From: an uncultured Gammaproteobacteria bacterium
GTDB lineage: Bacteria > Patescibacteriota > Patescibacteriia > Magasanikbacterales > GWA2-37-8
Direction: 5' to 3'
Length of the DNA stretch: 59,482 nt
Assembly: GCA_964465205.1 (NCBI GenBank)
Contig: CAYXJO010000009.1
Location: 1-59,482 of the forward strand
Position numbers and translations under genes: made by a program. Position 1 is the stretch's first letter. Every line of letters begins with the position of its first letter. The notes under the pieces were generated by a model, which saw only the letters and a program-made list of their open reading frames with translations, ran no database searches and had not been told where the DNA came from. Shown here piece by piece: positions 46,828-58,000 of the stretch.

Positions 46828-48219
46828 TTAAACTTTTTTGATATGCGCGTCCTTGAGTGCTTGCTCCGGTAGTTCGGAAGGAGCACCCATCATGAGGTCG
46901 CGTGCATCACCGGTTTTGGGGAACGGAATAATTTCGCGAATATTTGGTTCATTCGCGAGCAACATTACGAAACGGTCAAACCCAATCGCCAATCCACCGT
47001 GCGGCGGCACACCAAAGCTAAACGCATCCAACATATGGCCAAATTGATCTTTAATCTGTTCTTCGGTGAAGCCCATAATTTCCAGTACGGTACGCAGGGC
47101 TTTGGGGTCGTGATTGCGAATACTACCACCACCAGCCTCACAGCCATTGAGTGCCAGATCATATTGAGCTGCGACAATCTCGCCAATTTTTTCTTTATTC
47201 ATGAGCGCATCTTGCCACTGCGGCATCGCGGATGAAAACGGATTGTGGGTAAAAGTCCATCCTCCTTCTTCAGTTTTTTCGAAAAACGGAAAATCCACCA
47301 CCCAACAAAACGCGAGTAAATTGGGATCATTTTTGTCTTCACGTAAATCTGGTTTGTCAGTGCCGTATTTGGCCATCGCTTCACTGTAACTTAGACGCGG
47401 GAATGGAATTTGTTGAATATGCTTTTCCGGAGTAACTGTTTGGACGGTTTTGATCATCATATCTTCGATCAAATTCAAAACATCATCTCGCTCCACAAAA
47501 GACATTTCCAAATCTAATTGGGTAAATTCAGGCTGACGATCGCCACGCTGATCTTCATCACGAAAACAACGCGCTACCTGAAAATATTTCTCTGCTCCCG
47601 AAACCATCAATAATTGTTTGAATTGTTGGGGCGCTTGCGGCAATACATAAAATTGCCCCGGATAAACCCGTGAAGGAATAATAAATTCACGCGCACCTTC
47701 CGGTGTGCCTTTGGTGAGGATCGGCGTTTCTACTTCCCAAAAACCTTGCTTGTCCAGATAATCACGGAAAAATTTGGTAACCTGATAACGCAAACGAAGA
47801 TTTTTATTCATGCGTTCACTACGCAAATCCAAATAACGATATTTGAGGCGTAATTCTTCGGTGATACCACTCGTATCTTTATTTATTTCAAACGGTGGCG
47901 TCTCGGCTTCAGATAATACTTTCAATTCTTTCGCGAGTACTTCCACCATACCGGTCGGCATGTCTGGATTTTGCTGTTTGGCACCGCGCGCGTTCACGAT
48001 ACCGCGGATCTCAATTACCCACTCTGGACGAACGCGAGCTAATTCTTCGTTGGATTGTGCATCTAACTCTGACGGCACACCTACCACCTGCACAATTCCT
48101 TCGCGATCACGCAAATCCAAAAATACAATTTTGCCCATATTGCGACGGGCGTTTATCCAACCTTTTAGTACTACTTCTTCCCCCACCTTATTTGCTGTTT
48201 CAATAGATAGTGTACGCAT
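46828..48219 (-). CDS. aspS: Aspartate--tRNA ligase, bacterial type without the GAD domain
   Basis: LRLKYRYLDLR, LPQAPQQFKQ, FRDEDQRGDRQPEFTQLD, PPHGG. Confidence 0.95.
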   Translation of the reverse strand: MRTLSIETANKVGEEVVLKGWINARRNMGKIVFLDLRDREGIVQVVGVPSELDAQSNEELARVRPEWVIEIRGIVNARGAKQQNPDMPTGMVEVLAKELKVLSEAETPPFEINKDTSGITEELRLKYRYLDLRSERMNKNLRLRYQVTKFFRDYLDKQGFWEVETPILTKGTPEGAREFIIPSRVYPGQFYVLPQAPQQFKQLLMVSGAEKYFQVARCFRDEDQRGDRQPEFTQLDLEMSFVERDDVLNLIEDMMIKTVQTVTPEKHIQQIPFPRLSYSEAMAKYGTDKPDLREDKNDPNLLAFCWVVDFPFFEKTEEGGWTFTHNPFSSAMPQWQDALMNKEKIGEIVAAQYDLALNGCEAGGGSIRNHDPKALRTVLEIMGFTEEQIKDQFGHMLDAFSFGVPPHGGLAIGFDRFVMLLANEPNIREIIPFPKTGDARDLMMGAPSELPEQALKDAHIKKV

Positions 48220-48227
48220 AAAATTAT

Positions 48228-49526
48228 TTATTGAATCATTGAAATACCACCAGGAGTGACTCTTATCTTGCCTTTCAACGTATTATTGCCAGCTTTAATC
48301 TCACCCTCCAACACAGCATCGAGAGTGTAAGAAACACCCTCTAAGTTATACACATAAAAACCATTGCTGGGATCTGAGGGTACGTTGGTCATATAAGGAG
48401 CTAGACATCCTCTGCTGGAAAAACCAGAACGACTACTTAAACAAACGGCGTTTGGATTTTTTCCTAAAATCAAATTCGTCCCCGATGGATAATGATTGTT
48501 ATCTGTGTAATATAATTCTAACGCCGTCTGCACTTGTTTTAAATCGGCCAGACGCTTGGAATCTCTCGCTTTAATCCTAAAACTTTGTAAATAATTTACA
48601 AATACATCCTCGCCGGCCATCAATTGTTTGGCGAGTTGTTCATCAAAACGATCAACACCCAAATCATTTACTGCCACCAAAATAGAGGATGTATTGGTTT
48701 CCATCTCGGCTGTAACAAAATAATTAAACGTGCTCGTACTATCGAATTTTATACGATAGTATTTATAATCACCGCCAAAAGGATCGGTCGGTATCGCCTT
48801 CAAATATTTGGCGGCGGAACAAGTGGCCCCACCAGAAAAGCCATTAATGTCTAAACACTGGCTATCATTACCACCCAACAATTTGCCGTATCCGGTCGGA
48901 TATTCATACCCATCTGCATGATACGATTTTAACGCTTTACTAATCTGGTTGATATCTGTCACACGAAGAGCGTTTCTAGCCTCACGTTTAATTTGTTCGG
49001 TGGTTGAAGAATTAATAATCTTCATGAAATACTCTCTTGGATTGGTGGTTTGTCCTAAGCCATTCGACGGGACGGGACTCACACTATTTTTCGTCTGGGG
49101 AATTTGAACATAATTTTTGATTGCATTCGGTGTAAGAATCACCATTTTATCTTTTGCTTTGGAATACTTTTCAAATTTGATCCTAATCTCGTATCCAGTT
49201 TTAGTCTTGCTATAAATATAATTTTTTTTCTGAGGATCTAAAGAAAATTTAAAGTAATACGGTGATACACACTTTCCTTTTGTCCAACCCTTCCGTCCTA
49301 AACATACTTGATTTTTATCTCCCAACTTGATGTTTTTACCATCTGGGTACTTGCCGTTATCAACATAAAATAATTCAAAAGCAGTCTGCATTTGTTTCAG
49401 GGTTGCTAATCTTTGACCATCACGGCTAGCCACAGTACTTTTGACGGCGGCAGACACACTGGTAGGCACTGAGACCAACCCAAATATCAAAATTGCTAGA
49501 AACGCCAAAAAAAATATTTTGCGCAT
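48228..49526 (-). CDS. Secreted protein with three GspG/type IV pilin-like head domains
   Basis: Sec-type signal MRKIFF...SVSA; three RD.xRxxDLxQxxxAxELYxxDNxxYP-like repeats; start moved to ATG 49526. Confidence 0.8.
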   Translation of the reverse strand: MRKIFFLAFLAILIFGLVSVPTSVSAAVKSTVASRDGQRLATLKQMQTAFELFYVDNGKYPDGKNIKLGDKNQVCLGRKGWTKGKCVSPYYFKFSLDPQKKNYIYSKTKTGYEIRIKFEKYSKAKDKMVILTPNAIKNYVQIPQTKNSVSPVPSNGLGQTTNPREYFMKIINSSTTEQIKREARNALRVTDINQISKALKSYHADGYEYPTGYGKLLGGNDSQCLDINGFSGGATCSAAKYLKAIPTDPFGGDYKYYRIKFDSTSTFNYFVTAEMETNTSSILVAVNDLGVDRFDEQLAKQLMAGEDVFVNYLQSFRIKARDSKRLADLKQVQTALELYYTDNNHYPSGTNLILGKNPNAVCLSSRSGFSSRGCLAPYMTNVPSDPSNGFYVYNLEGVSYTLDAVLEGEIKAGNNTLKGKIRVTPGGISMIQ

Positions 49527-49530
49527 AAAA

Positions 49531-50532
49531 TTATTTAGCAAACAACTCCGCCATCTCCACCAGGCGATGGGCGTAGCCATATTCATTGTCATACCAGGCG
49601 ACGACTTTTACCAAATTACCACCCACCACATTGGTAAGAGCCAAATCCACTATTGAAGAATGGGCGTCGCCAACATAATCCGAAGAAACCAACGGTTCGG
49701 TAGCACAAGACAAGATTCCTTCAAAACGTTTGGTTTTACTGGCCGCGATTAACGCTTCGTTTATTTCCTCTTTGGTCACATTTTTCTTGAGCACAACAGT
49801 AATATCTGAAAGTGAACAAGTTGGCACCGGCACACGGAAAGCCACACCGTCAAAAATGCCTTGCAGGTTGGTCTTGACTTCACCCACCGCTTTGGCAGCA
49901 CCCGTGCTGGTTGGCACAATATTTTCCGCGGCAGCCCGAGCGCGACGCAAATCTTTGTGCGGACCATCTTGAATATTTTGATCGGCAGTATAGCCATGCA
50001 CAGTACTCATCATTGCTTTTTCAATTCCAAAAGTTTCGTCAAGCACCGCCATTACCGGCGCGATACAGTTGGTGGTACAAGAAGCATTGTTGATTACAGT
50101 GGACTGCTCGGCGCCTACTTTGGCACAATTTACACCACGTACGTATGTCGGAACCTCGGTACCCTTAGCCGGAGCGGAAATAATCACTTTTTTGGCGCCG
50201 GCTTTGACATGCATTTCAGCACCGGCCTTATCTGTAAAACGTCCGGTGCATTCAAGTACTACATCTACCTTCAATTGTCCCCATGGCAACTGGGTTGGAT
50301 CTTTTTGTGCATAAACCGGTACCTTAACTCCATCGACAATTAAATTAGCATCGTCAAACCCAACCTCGTGTTCGTACTTGCCATAAGCAGTGTCGTATTT
50401 TAGTAGATGCGCGAGAGTTTTGGTGTCAGTTAAATCATTGATGCCGACAATCTTTATTTTTTTATTCCCAAAAGCGGCCTTGAATGCTTGACGGCCAATA
50501 CGGCCAAAACCATTGATTGCTAAATTGGTCAT
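49531..50532 (-). CDS. gap: Glyceraldehyde-3-phosphate dehydrogenase
   Basis: INGFGRIGR, NASCTTNC, AWYDNE. Confidence 0.98.
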   Translation of the reverse strand: MTNLAINGFGRIGRQAFKAAFGNKKIKIVGINDLTDTKTLAHLLKYDTAYGKYEHEVGFDDANLIVDGVKVPVYAQKDPTQLPWGQLKVDVVLECTGRFTDKAGAEMHVKAGAKKVIISAPAKGTEVPTYVRGVNCAKVGAEQSTVINNASCTTNCIAPVMAVLDETFGIEKAMMSTVHGYTADQNIQDGPHKDLRRARAAAENIVPTSTGAAKAVGEVKTNLQGIFDGVAFRVPVPTCSLSDITVVLKKNVTKEEINEALIAASKTKRFEGILSCATEPLVSSDYVGDAHSSIVDLALTNVVGGNLVKVVAWYDNEYGYAHRLVEMAELFAK

Positions 50533-50620
50533 AGTTTAAATTTAAGCTAAATAAATGCTGGTTAAAGCATTGGTATTTTACCATAGCAGTACTGCTTTTC
50601 GCAAGAGTGAAAGACAACCA

Positions 50621-50646
50621 AAAAACCCGTCATTAGACGGGTTTTT
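50621..50646. terminator. Terminator hairpin
   Basis: AAAAACCCGTC-ATTA-GACGGGTTTTT. Confidence 0.85.
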
Positions 50647-50653
50647 GTAGAGT

Positions 50654-53600
50654 TCAATCTTGATACGGAGTACTTAAACTAATTGAACAATTATTGTATC
50701 TATCATTGTGCAAATATTGATCGGTAGCCGTACCGTTAGTTTGGCACAATTTATTTTCTCCGTTATTAAAATTTTTATAAGGCGGTACACCATTACCACC
50801 ATACGATTGTCTCATTTTTGCATTAGCCGCAATATAGGCCTCACGATAATTCTTGTATCCATCAAAATATACCATCTGATCTGGAACAATAGTGAAAGTT
50901 GCGCCGGGATTATTACCAGAACCCGTACTTTTAATAGTATAATCTGTCACTATAAATTCATTATTAACAAGCTTAACCGTATACATTATCGCGTAAGCAT
51001 TGGCGATGTTTCTGGAATTGTTCGAGTTATGATGATCGGGATAATCATTTACACCCACGCCATAAGTCACACTACCGGTTGCTACCGGCGCCGATATGGT
51101 AGTAAATTCTACTGAAGCACCTAATTTATTAGAATAACCCACATACCGAACTCGTACTTGATATTTGCCGTCTTTTGTAACCACCACAGACGATCTGCCC
51201 ATATTAATCTTGATACTTTTTGACGTCATTTTACCGCCGGTTTTTATCAAGATGTATTTATTAGTAACAGTTTTAAAATTATAAATAACACCACTCACAG
51301 TATGTGTAAAAATATTATTTTTGCACATCAAAAAAGTACCATCACCACCACGACGTGAGCCGCATTTAACTTCTGCACGATCATCATAAGTAGTATTGGA
51401 GTTAACTCGAAACAGCGCTCTATTCCCCGCGCCAACACCTAAATAAGTAACTTCGATATACTTGCCAGGCTTGTCAGAAACATCAAATCTTTCCATTTCA
51501 TTTAATACCAAATCTGTTTCGGTCTCGCTGGTATTATACAATTGCACATGGGCAGTTTCGCCGTCGTGTTCGGTAACTTTTATTCTAGTGCCACTCCAAA
51601 AATGATCTACGCTATATCCGGCGCAAACAATGAAAGTAACATTACCGCCACGCACATCAGAACAGGTAGGTAAATTACTGTCATCTAAACCAAAACCCTG
51701 GAACCAAACACTAATATCAAAGTCGTTATTTTGCTCCACTGGTGCGATATTGGCATCATCTGCTTGCAAGGTCAATTTATGTTGCCCGCTACTAAGCGGT
51801 AGTTGAACCAACGCAAAATGAGAACGGTTTTCTCCCGGTTTCAAAGCGCTGGCCGACTGACGTGAAACGCTATTACCATCGAACAATAAACTATTAGAAT
51901 AACCAGCCGATGTTTGAGTGCCATAATTTTTATCTCGATAATCAACCGCAACGGTGGCATAGCCATTCCCCCAACTACGTACATCGTTTTGGGTCAAAGT
52001 GATGGAAGTACGCCAAGGCACTTCAATACTCTTCTCCCCTATTTTCATAGAACCATAGGGGGCGATAATCGCACCCTCGTTTTGCTCCTTTTTTCCATAA
52101 CACTTACATTGGGTGGCAGATAATTTGCAAAAAGCGCTACCAACCTCTACTCCATCAGATGCCCCGCAAGTACCGGATTCATAACCATAAAAATCACGGC
52201 AGGCCGTATTACAATCGGCATACGCGCATTTATTGTTGGTGCATTTGTGATGAGAATTATATTTAGTGCAATCGGAATCAGCAGAACAAGCTAGCGGCTT
52301 ACAGACACACTGAGTATTATTGGAACAATATTTTGATCCTTGCATATCACCTTCACTACCACCACAAACACCATCGGTCCCAAGACGTGTCCGACAAATA
52401 GCGCTACACTCAGAATTGTCCACCGGAGTGGCACAAGCTCCGTTTACACAACCATTGGGACATTGATACCATTGAGTATGCACTACACCATTACTACAGT
52501 GTTTTTCGGCAACAAATGGTCCGTTATATTCATCCTGACTACCGACCTGATAACCGCATGAATCCGTATAGGTAGAATTGACCCCGGTAACTTCATCTTT
52601 GCCTTTTGTGTCTCCGCGCACTGCATAGTTTAGACCACCGTCGGAATCGGTACAATATTGCGAAGTATCATACCTAAAATAAACATAATCCGACCAAGCG
52701 CCATAAATATTGCCGGGGAACATAGCGCGTACCCTGGTACGAAATTCATTGTCGCCGGCGAGCGCAGCTGTAGTATAATTGGTACTAACTGAATTAAATT
52801 TCAATACCGAACTCCAAACCGGATAACTACAAATATCACAAGCTACTTCAATATCATAAGTCTGAGCTTTATCAATACTACTCCACGACAGATTCGCCCG
52901 GCGCGGATAATTGGTTAATACTTGATTATTCGTCGGCGCAGAAATGTACGGCTTGGCAGTAGTATTATAAATATTGGTTAAGTCAAATTTAAAATACATC
53001 GGCACTACATCATCTACCTCCACCGGCATATTTGGCACTTCCGAAATTCCGTCATTGTTGCGTATAAAACCATAAACAGTCACATACTTACCGCGAAAAT
53101 TACCAGCATTTAAATTATAAGTTTTGCTATTATTAAAATAAAGATTACTCACCAGATTACTCACAGTGTATTCATTAAATCTCCACACTCCAGCTTCATC
53201 GCCACTGTTCACCACAAAAGCATAAGAATAATTGCCCCAAGATACATTTTTCCACGGTACAATTTCGGCACTTATCGTATTAATACTATTTGGGATAGTG
53301 TAGGTCGGATAAGTATCAAGACTAGCATGTTGCTTGTTGGTCAAATAAGACGGACTGCTTTGATACAGACGCACGCCAGTCTCGTAATTGTTCGCGACGA
53401 TCACAAATATGGGCGCCTGTACCTTCCCGGCTTTCTCTGCGTCGGTACACGCACGCCAACTAGTTTTATAACTAGTGTCATTAATACAAGTTAGCGTATA
53501 AAAACTTGCACCACTGTCAGTAATGCGACACTGATTGGACCCGGCCAATTCATAACTCGCACCCGTGTCAGAAATTAAATCCAAATGATTAGTGTCGGTT

Positions 53601-53722
53601 TGGCATCCGCGCACACCTTCAGTAATAAACTCACCCACACTACCTCCCGCATACGCATTTTGAGCAATCAGGGCGCACAATAATATAACAACTATCAGTG
53701 CACTTCTAAATATGTATCGCAT
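50654..53722 (-). CDS. Large secreted Cys-rich mosaic surface protein
   Basis: Signal peptide; FN3-like segment; CTDSDGG module; paired Cys-rich repeats; CARDB-like segment (EQNNDF). Confidence 0.8.
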   Translation of the reverse strand: MRYIFRSALIVVILLCALIAQNAYAGGSVGEFITEGVRGCQTDTNHLDLISDTGASYELAGSNQCRITDSGASFYTLTCINDTSYKTSWRACTDAEKAGKVQAPIFVIVANNYETGVRLYQSSPSYLTNKQHASLDTYPTYTIPNSINTISAEIVPWKNVSWGNYSYAFVVNSGDEAGVWRFNEYTVSNLVSNLYFNNSKTYNLNAGNFRGKYVTVYGFIRNNDGISEVPNMPVEVDDVVPMYFKFDLTNIYNTTAKPYISAPTNNQVLTNYPRRANLSWSSIDKAQTYDIEVACDICSYPVWSSVLKFNSVSTNYTTAALAGDNEFRTRVRAMFPGNIYGAWSDYVYFRYDTSQYCTDSDGGLNYAVRGDTKGKDEVTGVNSTYTDSCGYQVGSQDEYNGPFVAEKHCSNGVVHTQWYQCPNGCVNGACATPVDNSECSAICRTRLGTDGVCGGSEGDMQGSKYCSNNTQCVCKPLACSADSDCTKYNSHHKCTNNKCAYADCNTACRDFYGYESGTCGASDGVEVGSAFCKLSATQCKCYGKKEQNEGAIIAPYGSMKIGEKSIEVPWRTSITLTQNDVRSWGNGYATVAVDYRDKNYGTQTSAGYSNSLLFDGNSVSRQSASALKPGENRSHFALVQLPLSSGQHKLTLQADDANIAPVEQNNDFDISVWFQGFGLDDSNLPTCSDVRGGNVTFIVCAGYSVDHFWSGTRIKVTEHDGETAHVQLYNTSETETDLVLNEMERFDVSDKPGKYIEVTYLGVGAGNRALFRVNSNTTYDDRAEVKCGSRRGGDGTFLMCKNNIFTHTVSGVIYNFKTVTNKYILIKTGGKMTSKSIKINMGRSSVVVTKDGKYQVRVRYVGYSNKLGASVEFTTISAPVATGSVTYGVGVNDYPDHHNSNNSRNIANAYAIMYTVKLVNNEFIVTDYTIKSTGSGNNPGATFTIVPDQMVYFDGYKNYREAYIAANAKMRQSYGGNGVPPYKNFNNGENKLCQTNGTATDQYLHNDRYNNCSISLSTPYQD

Positions 53723-53743
53723 ACTTATAATATTAAAAAACTT

Positions 53744-54946
53744 TTAATTAACTTGAGTAAAAAAACACTTCAAATATTCTCCTTCGGTAAACGCCGCTAG
53801 TTCGGGATGATCGATACCATGAGTAAATGTTTCCAAAATTTGCACAGTACGTGCCGCTCGCCCGGCCGCCTCTGAAAACATATAACGAAAATCTACTAAC
53901 GATAGGTGCTGAGAACATGACGCGCTTACTAAAATGCCATTTTTGGGCGCAATACGCATCGCCATTTCATTAATCCTGCGATAACCTTGCACACCTTCAT
54001 GAATCTTCCTTCTATCTTTAATAAACGCCGGCGGATCCAAAACTATTACACTCCAGGGGTCATATTCATCCCCACTAGTTAATTTTTGCGATTCCTTAGC
54101 CAAATAATCTTTTACATCGGCACATATAAACGCACATTTTTTCAAACTAAAATCATTCAATACGATGTTCTCACGAGCGATATCCAAAGCCGCCTGAGAA
54201 GTATCCACACTCTCTACAAACTTGGCCCCACCACCTAAAGCATAAACACTGAAACCACCGGTATATGAAAAACAGTTCAATACTCGTTCCCCTTTTGTGT
54301 ATTTCTCAAGTGCCGCGCGCTTGTCGCGTTGGTCTAGAAAAAATCCAGTCTTCTGCCCGCCAGCCAAATCTACCAAAAATTTATACCCATTTTCCAAAAT
54401 AGTCACCCTTTCCGGTATTTTTCCCCAAAGCAATCCGGCCTTTTTTTCCTCTCCTTCTTTCAGGCGATTGCCAACATCACTACGCTCATAAATTCCTTTG
54501 GGTTTTACTATTTTCCTAAGCGCCGCGACGATTGGATCTTTCCATGATTCGATACCACGATTATGAAATTGCACAACTAGGTAATCAGCATATTTATCCA
54601 CAATCAAACCGGGCAACAAATCATTTTCACTATTAATCAAACGATATGAATCTGTTTTGCTGGATACAATAAGTTTTTTACGAAAATCATAGGCCCGATC
54701 AATACGACGTACAAAAAAATCATCATCAATTTCTTCGGCCTCATCCCACCCCCACACTCGCACGGCAATTTGAGAATAAGAATTAAAGTAGCCAGACGCT
54801 AAAAAATGCCCGGCTTCGTCTTTTAATTTTATAAAAGTACCACTCGCAATACCATCCGGAATATATTTTATGGCTCCCGAAAAAATCCACGGATGACGAT
54901 TGCGTACTGGGCCAATACGATTATTGTGTATAATTAATTCAATCAT
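53744..54946 (-). CDS. rlmI: RlmI-family SAM-dependent rRNA methyltransferase
   Basis: RHPWIFSG, GQKTGFFLDQR, VLNCFSYTGGF, VLDPPAF. Confidence 0.88.
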   Translation of the reverse strand: MIELIIHNNRIGPVRNRHPWIFSGAIKYIPDGIASGTFIKLKDEAGHFLASGYFNSYSQIAVRVWGWDEAEEIDDDFFVRRIDRAYDFRKKLIVSSKTDSYRLINSENDLLPGLIVDKYADYLVVQFHNRGIESWKDPIVAALRKIVKPKGIYERSDVGNRLKEGEEKKAGLLWGKIPERVTILENGYKFLVDLAGGQKTGFFLDQRDKRAALEKYTKGERVLNCFSYTGGFSVYALGGGAKFVESVDTSQAALDIARENIVLNDFSLKKCAFICADVKDYLAKESQKLTSGDEYDPWSVIVLDPPAFIKDRRKIHEGVQGYRRINEMAMRIAPKNGILVSASCSQHLSLVDFRYMFSEAAGRAARTVQILETFTHGIDHPELAAFTEGEYLKCFFTQVN

Positions 54947-54990
54947 AATTTTTATTATAATATGCTAATATTTTAACCTAAAATTACCGA

Positions 54991-55024
54991 AAAAACAAGT
55001 AGCGACCTTTTCGGGTCGCTACTT
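54991..55024 (-). terminator. Terminator after the FN3 protein gene
   Basis: AAGUAGCGACC-CGAAAA-GGUCGCUACUU followed by GUUUUU. Confidence 0.85.
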
Positions 55025-55039
55025 TTAAAATCAGAATGA

Positions 55040-58000
55040 TTATCTGGCTTCTACGGTAAATCCAACGCTATTTTCGGCCAATAACGCCTTGCTGGTGGCG
55101 TCATAGGCACGCAGACGAATTTGGTAATTACCTGCTGTTAATTTGTTATCCAAAGCTTGAGTAAAGGTCGTACTATCCTTCTGTCCTGCCTTAAGAGACC
55201 ATTTGCCGTTCTTGGTTACCAATACTTTGCCAGCATCATTTACCAACTCACGCACCATGCGGATAGATTGAGTTTTTCCGGTGCTATTTTTATAGGTGTA
55301 CTTGAGCTTGAGAGATGTTGGTAGAGCCACATTAGATTTCACCGCATTCAACATTTTGGTGTCAAACGTGAATTCGTTAGCCACAGGAAGATCCGCCCCC
55401 AAAATAAAGTATTTTTTAACCACAGCAATATCAAAACTGTTTTGATCAACTACTTTGCTCTTGTTATCCAGCACTTTTACTTTCACGGTATAAGTACCTG
55501 ATTTCAAATTACCCGGCAAGGCTTCACTTACTTTATTGGTATAAGTAGCGCCTTTCTTGAGCGACTTGCTAATAGTAGACGATTTTACTACTTTGCCTTT
55601 AGAATCTACCAACTGACGTACAAATTTTACATTCACAGTCTTGCTGGTGGTATTTTTGTACGCATAGGTAAATTTGAGCGATGCGCCCGGATTGAACGTG
55701 GTGGTATTTATCTTGCTTATAACGACAGCTGATGTAACGGATTGAACTATCGGAGTAGTATTCACAGTAGTTACAGTAGTCGGCGTAGTGGAAACACTGG
55801 TAACAGCCAAAGCTTGAACGGTTACGTCAATACGATTGGTTGTTAAGGTATTGTAGGCAATTTTTATATCATTTTTCTTATCTCCATTCAAATCTAATTC
55901 TTTACTGGTACCCGGTTTTAGTTTGAATACCTGAGGATTGGAGCTAACCACAAATTCTACCTCTCCTGTACTCATATTCAAATCTTGTACTTTCAAATTA
56001 TGAACACCGCCAGCTACCGTGAAACCAGCATTAGAACCAATATACAACACCACATTAAAACCGCTGACACTCAAAACTCCCAAATATTGACTACCATTCA
56101 TGCTAATATTGTAAGTGGTATTACCGCTACCAGACGAACCGGAGGAAGAACCGCCGGCTGAACCACCACTTAAAGTGATAGTGCTCATAGCACTAGACAA
56201 CTTGCCTTCACCACTACTGTTTACCGCAGCCACTTTGTAATAATATTGCGTACGAGCGGTTAAACCGGTATTGCTATAACTATTAACTGAAGCCGTACCA
56301 ATGGAAGTGTAACTTGAGTCATTAGTACTACGATAGATGTGGTAAGTAGCACTACCCATGGCAGTCCAAGATAAATTAATCTGACTAGCAGAAGCGGCGG
56401 TGGCAGTCAAACCAGATACAGTTCCTGGTATGGTGTAGACAGCGGTATTTGCCGAAGAAGTAGCGGAATTTGTACTACTACTATTACGAGCAATTATCGC
56501 AAACTGGTAGGCGGTATTGTCGGTGAGTCCGGTGGCAACAAGTTCTGTGCCCCAAGTAGAGGTGGCTTGAAATATCGGTGTGGTAGTGGCCAAACCATCG
56601 GCATCTAAATAATTGCCATCAGTCACATTGTAAATAGCGTAGGTAATATTGCTTGGATTGGTACCACCACTAAACGACACCGAAAGAGCAGATACGGTAG
56701 TGGTAGCATCTCCAACTGTCGGCGCAGAAGGCACATTGGCCAAAGTTCGTACTACGCTGCTATAAGCAGAATAAGATGAGACGGTCGATTCGTCATTTAA
56801 ATGTAGGGCCCGAACTCTAAATCTATATTGAGTGTCTGGATCAAGTCCGGTAATAGAACGAGTAGTCGCCGAAGAAGTCACTGTGGCTTCGGTATTTTCA
56901 TTATAAATTTCATATACTGTACTCGCACCATTGCTATTGGCACTCCAAGTCAAATCAACTTGTCCATCACCAGAAGCAGTGGCGGTCGGAGTACCTGGTA
57001 CCGCAGGCAGAGTCGCGGTGGCAGTACTGTTGGAAGAGTAAGCGGAGTAAGTACCGGCAGCGCCCAAATTCTCTGCGCGCACTTTAAATTGATAAGAAGT
57101 GTTCGGGGCCAAACCACTAACCGACGTAGTTACATTGGTGGTCGTCGCGATCAGTGTCCCATTGGAATAAGCCACATAATATACGGTCGCTCCGGGGTTG
57201 CTATTACTTGTCCAAGTAAGCAGCACCGACTCGGTAGTGATATCAGAAACAGTGGGAGTAGATGGCGCGGCTGCGGCAGTATATTCAGTTACTTGTTGCG
57301 CGGAATTGTAGGTATTATCGTGGTTCTGCGACTGAATATTGATAGTATACTGTGTGTTCGGTGTCAAACCAGAAATAGTCGCTGTAACCGTAGAACCGGC
57401 AGAGGTAACAGTAGAAGTCGAAACACCGGTTACATACGCGCGATAATTAGTGCCCGCCGGATTCGAATTGGCGGACCATTGCAAGCTAATAGTAGCCGAA
57501 GTAGATGCGGTTACTACTTGACTGGTTACTATTGCGGAGTTGGTATATGCCGGCAATGGTGCGGTAACATAAGATGAACTACCACCTGTATTTACGGCTT
57601 TTACTCTAAACAAATAAGCGGTATTCGGCGTCAAACCAGTCGCGCTAGTAGAAGTGGCATTAATAGAAGTAGTGGCGACTACAGAATAAGTTTCACCGTC
57701 GGTAGACTGCTCTACCACAAAAGCAGTTTCGTCGCTAGAATTATCTGCCCAAATCACAGTAATGCTGGTGGCCGCGATATCTGCCACATCTATATCCGAC
57801 GGTGCGGTGGGTGGATTGGGTAAAGTAGTAACTTCGGCAGCAGTGGAAGAAACAGAGGTGCCGCCGGCATTACCGGCAATTATGTAGAAAGAGTAAGTAG
57901 TGTTGGCAGTTAAGTCAGTTGCCGCATAAGTCACATCGGTGGTGGTGGCAACGGCCGCACCATCTTTATACACTCTATAATATGTAGCACCCGAAACAGC

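Noticed and set aside
56828-57577. 249-aa plus-strand ORF
   Set aside because: Antisense to Thr/Ser/Ala-rich FN3 repeats, whose codons rarely make reverse stops
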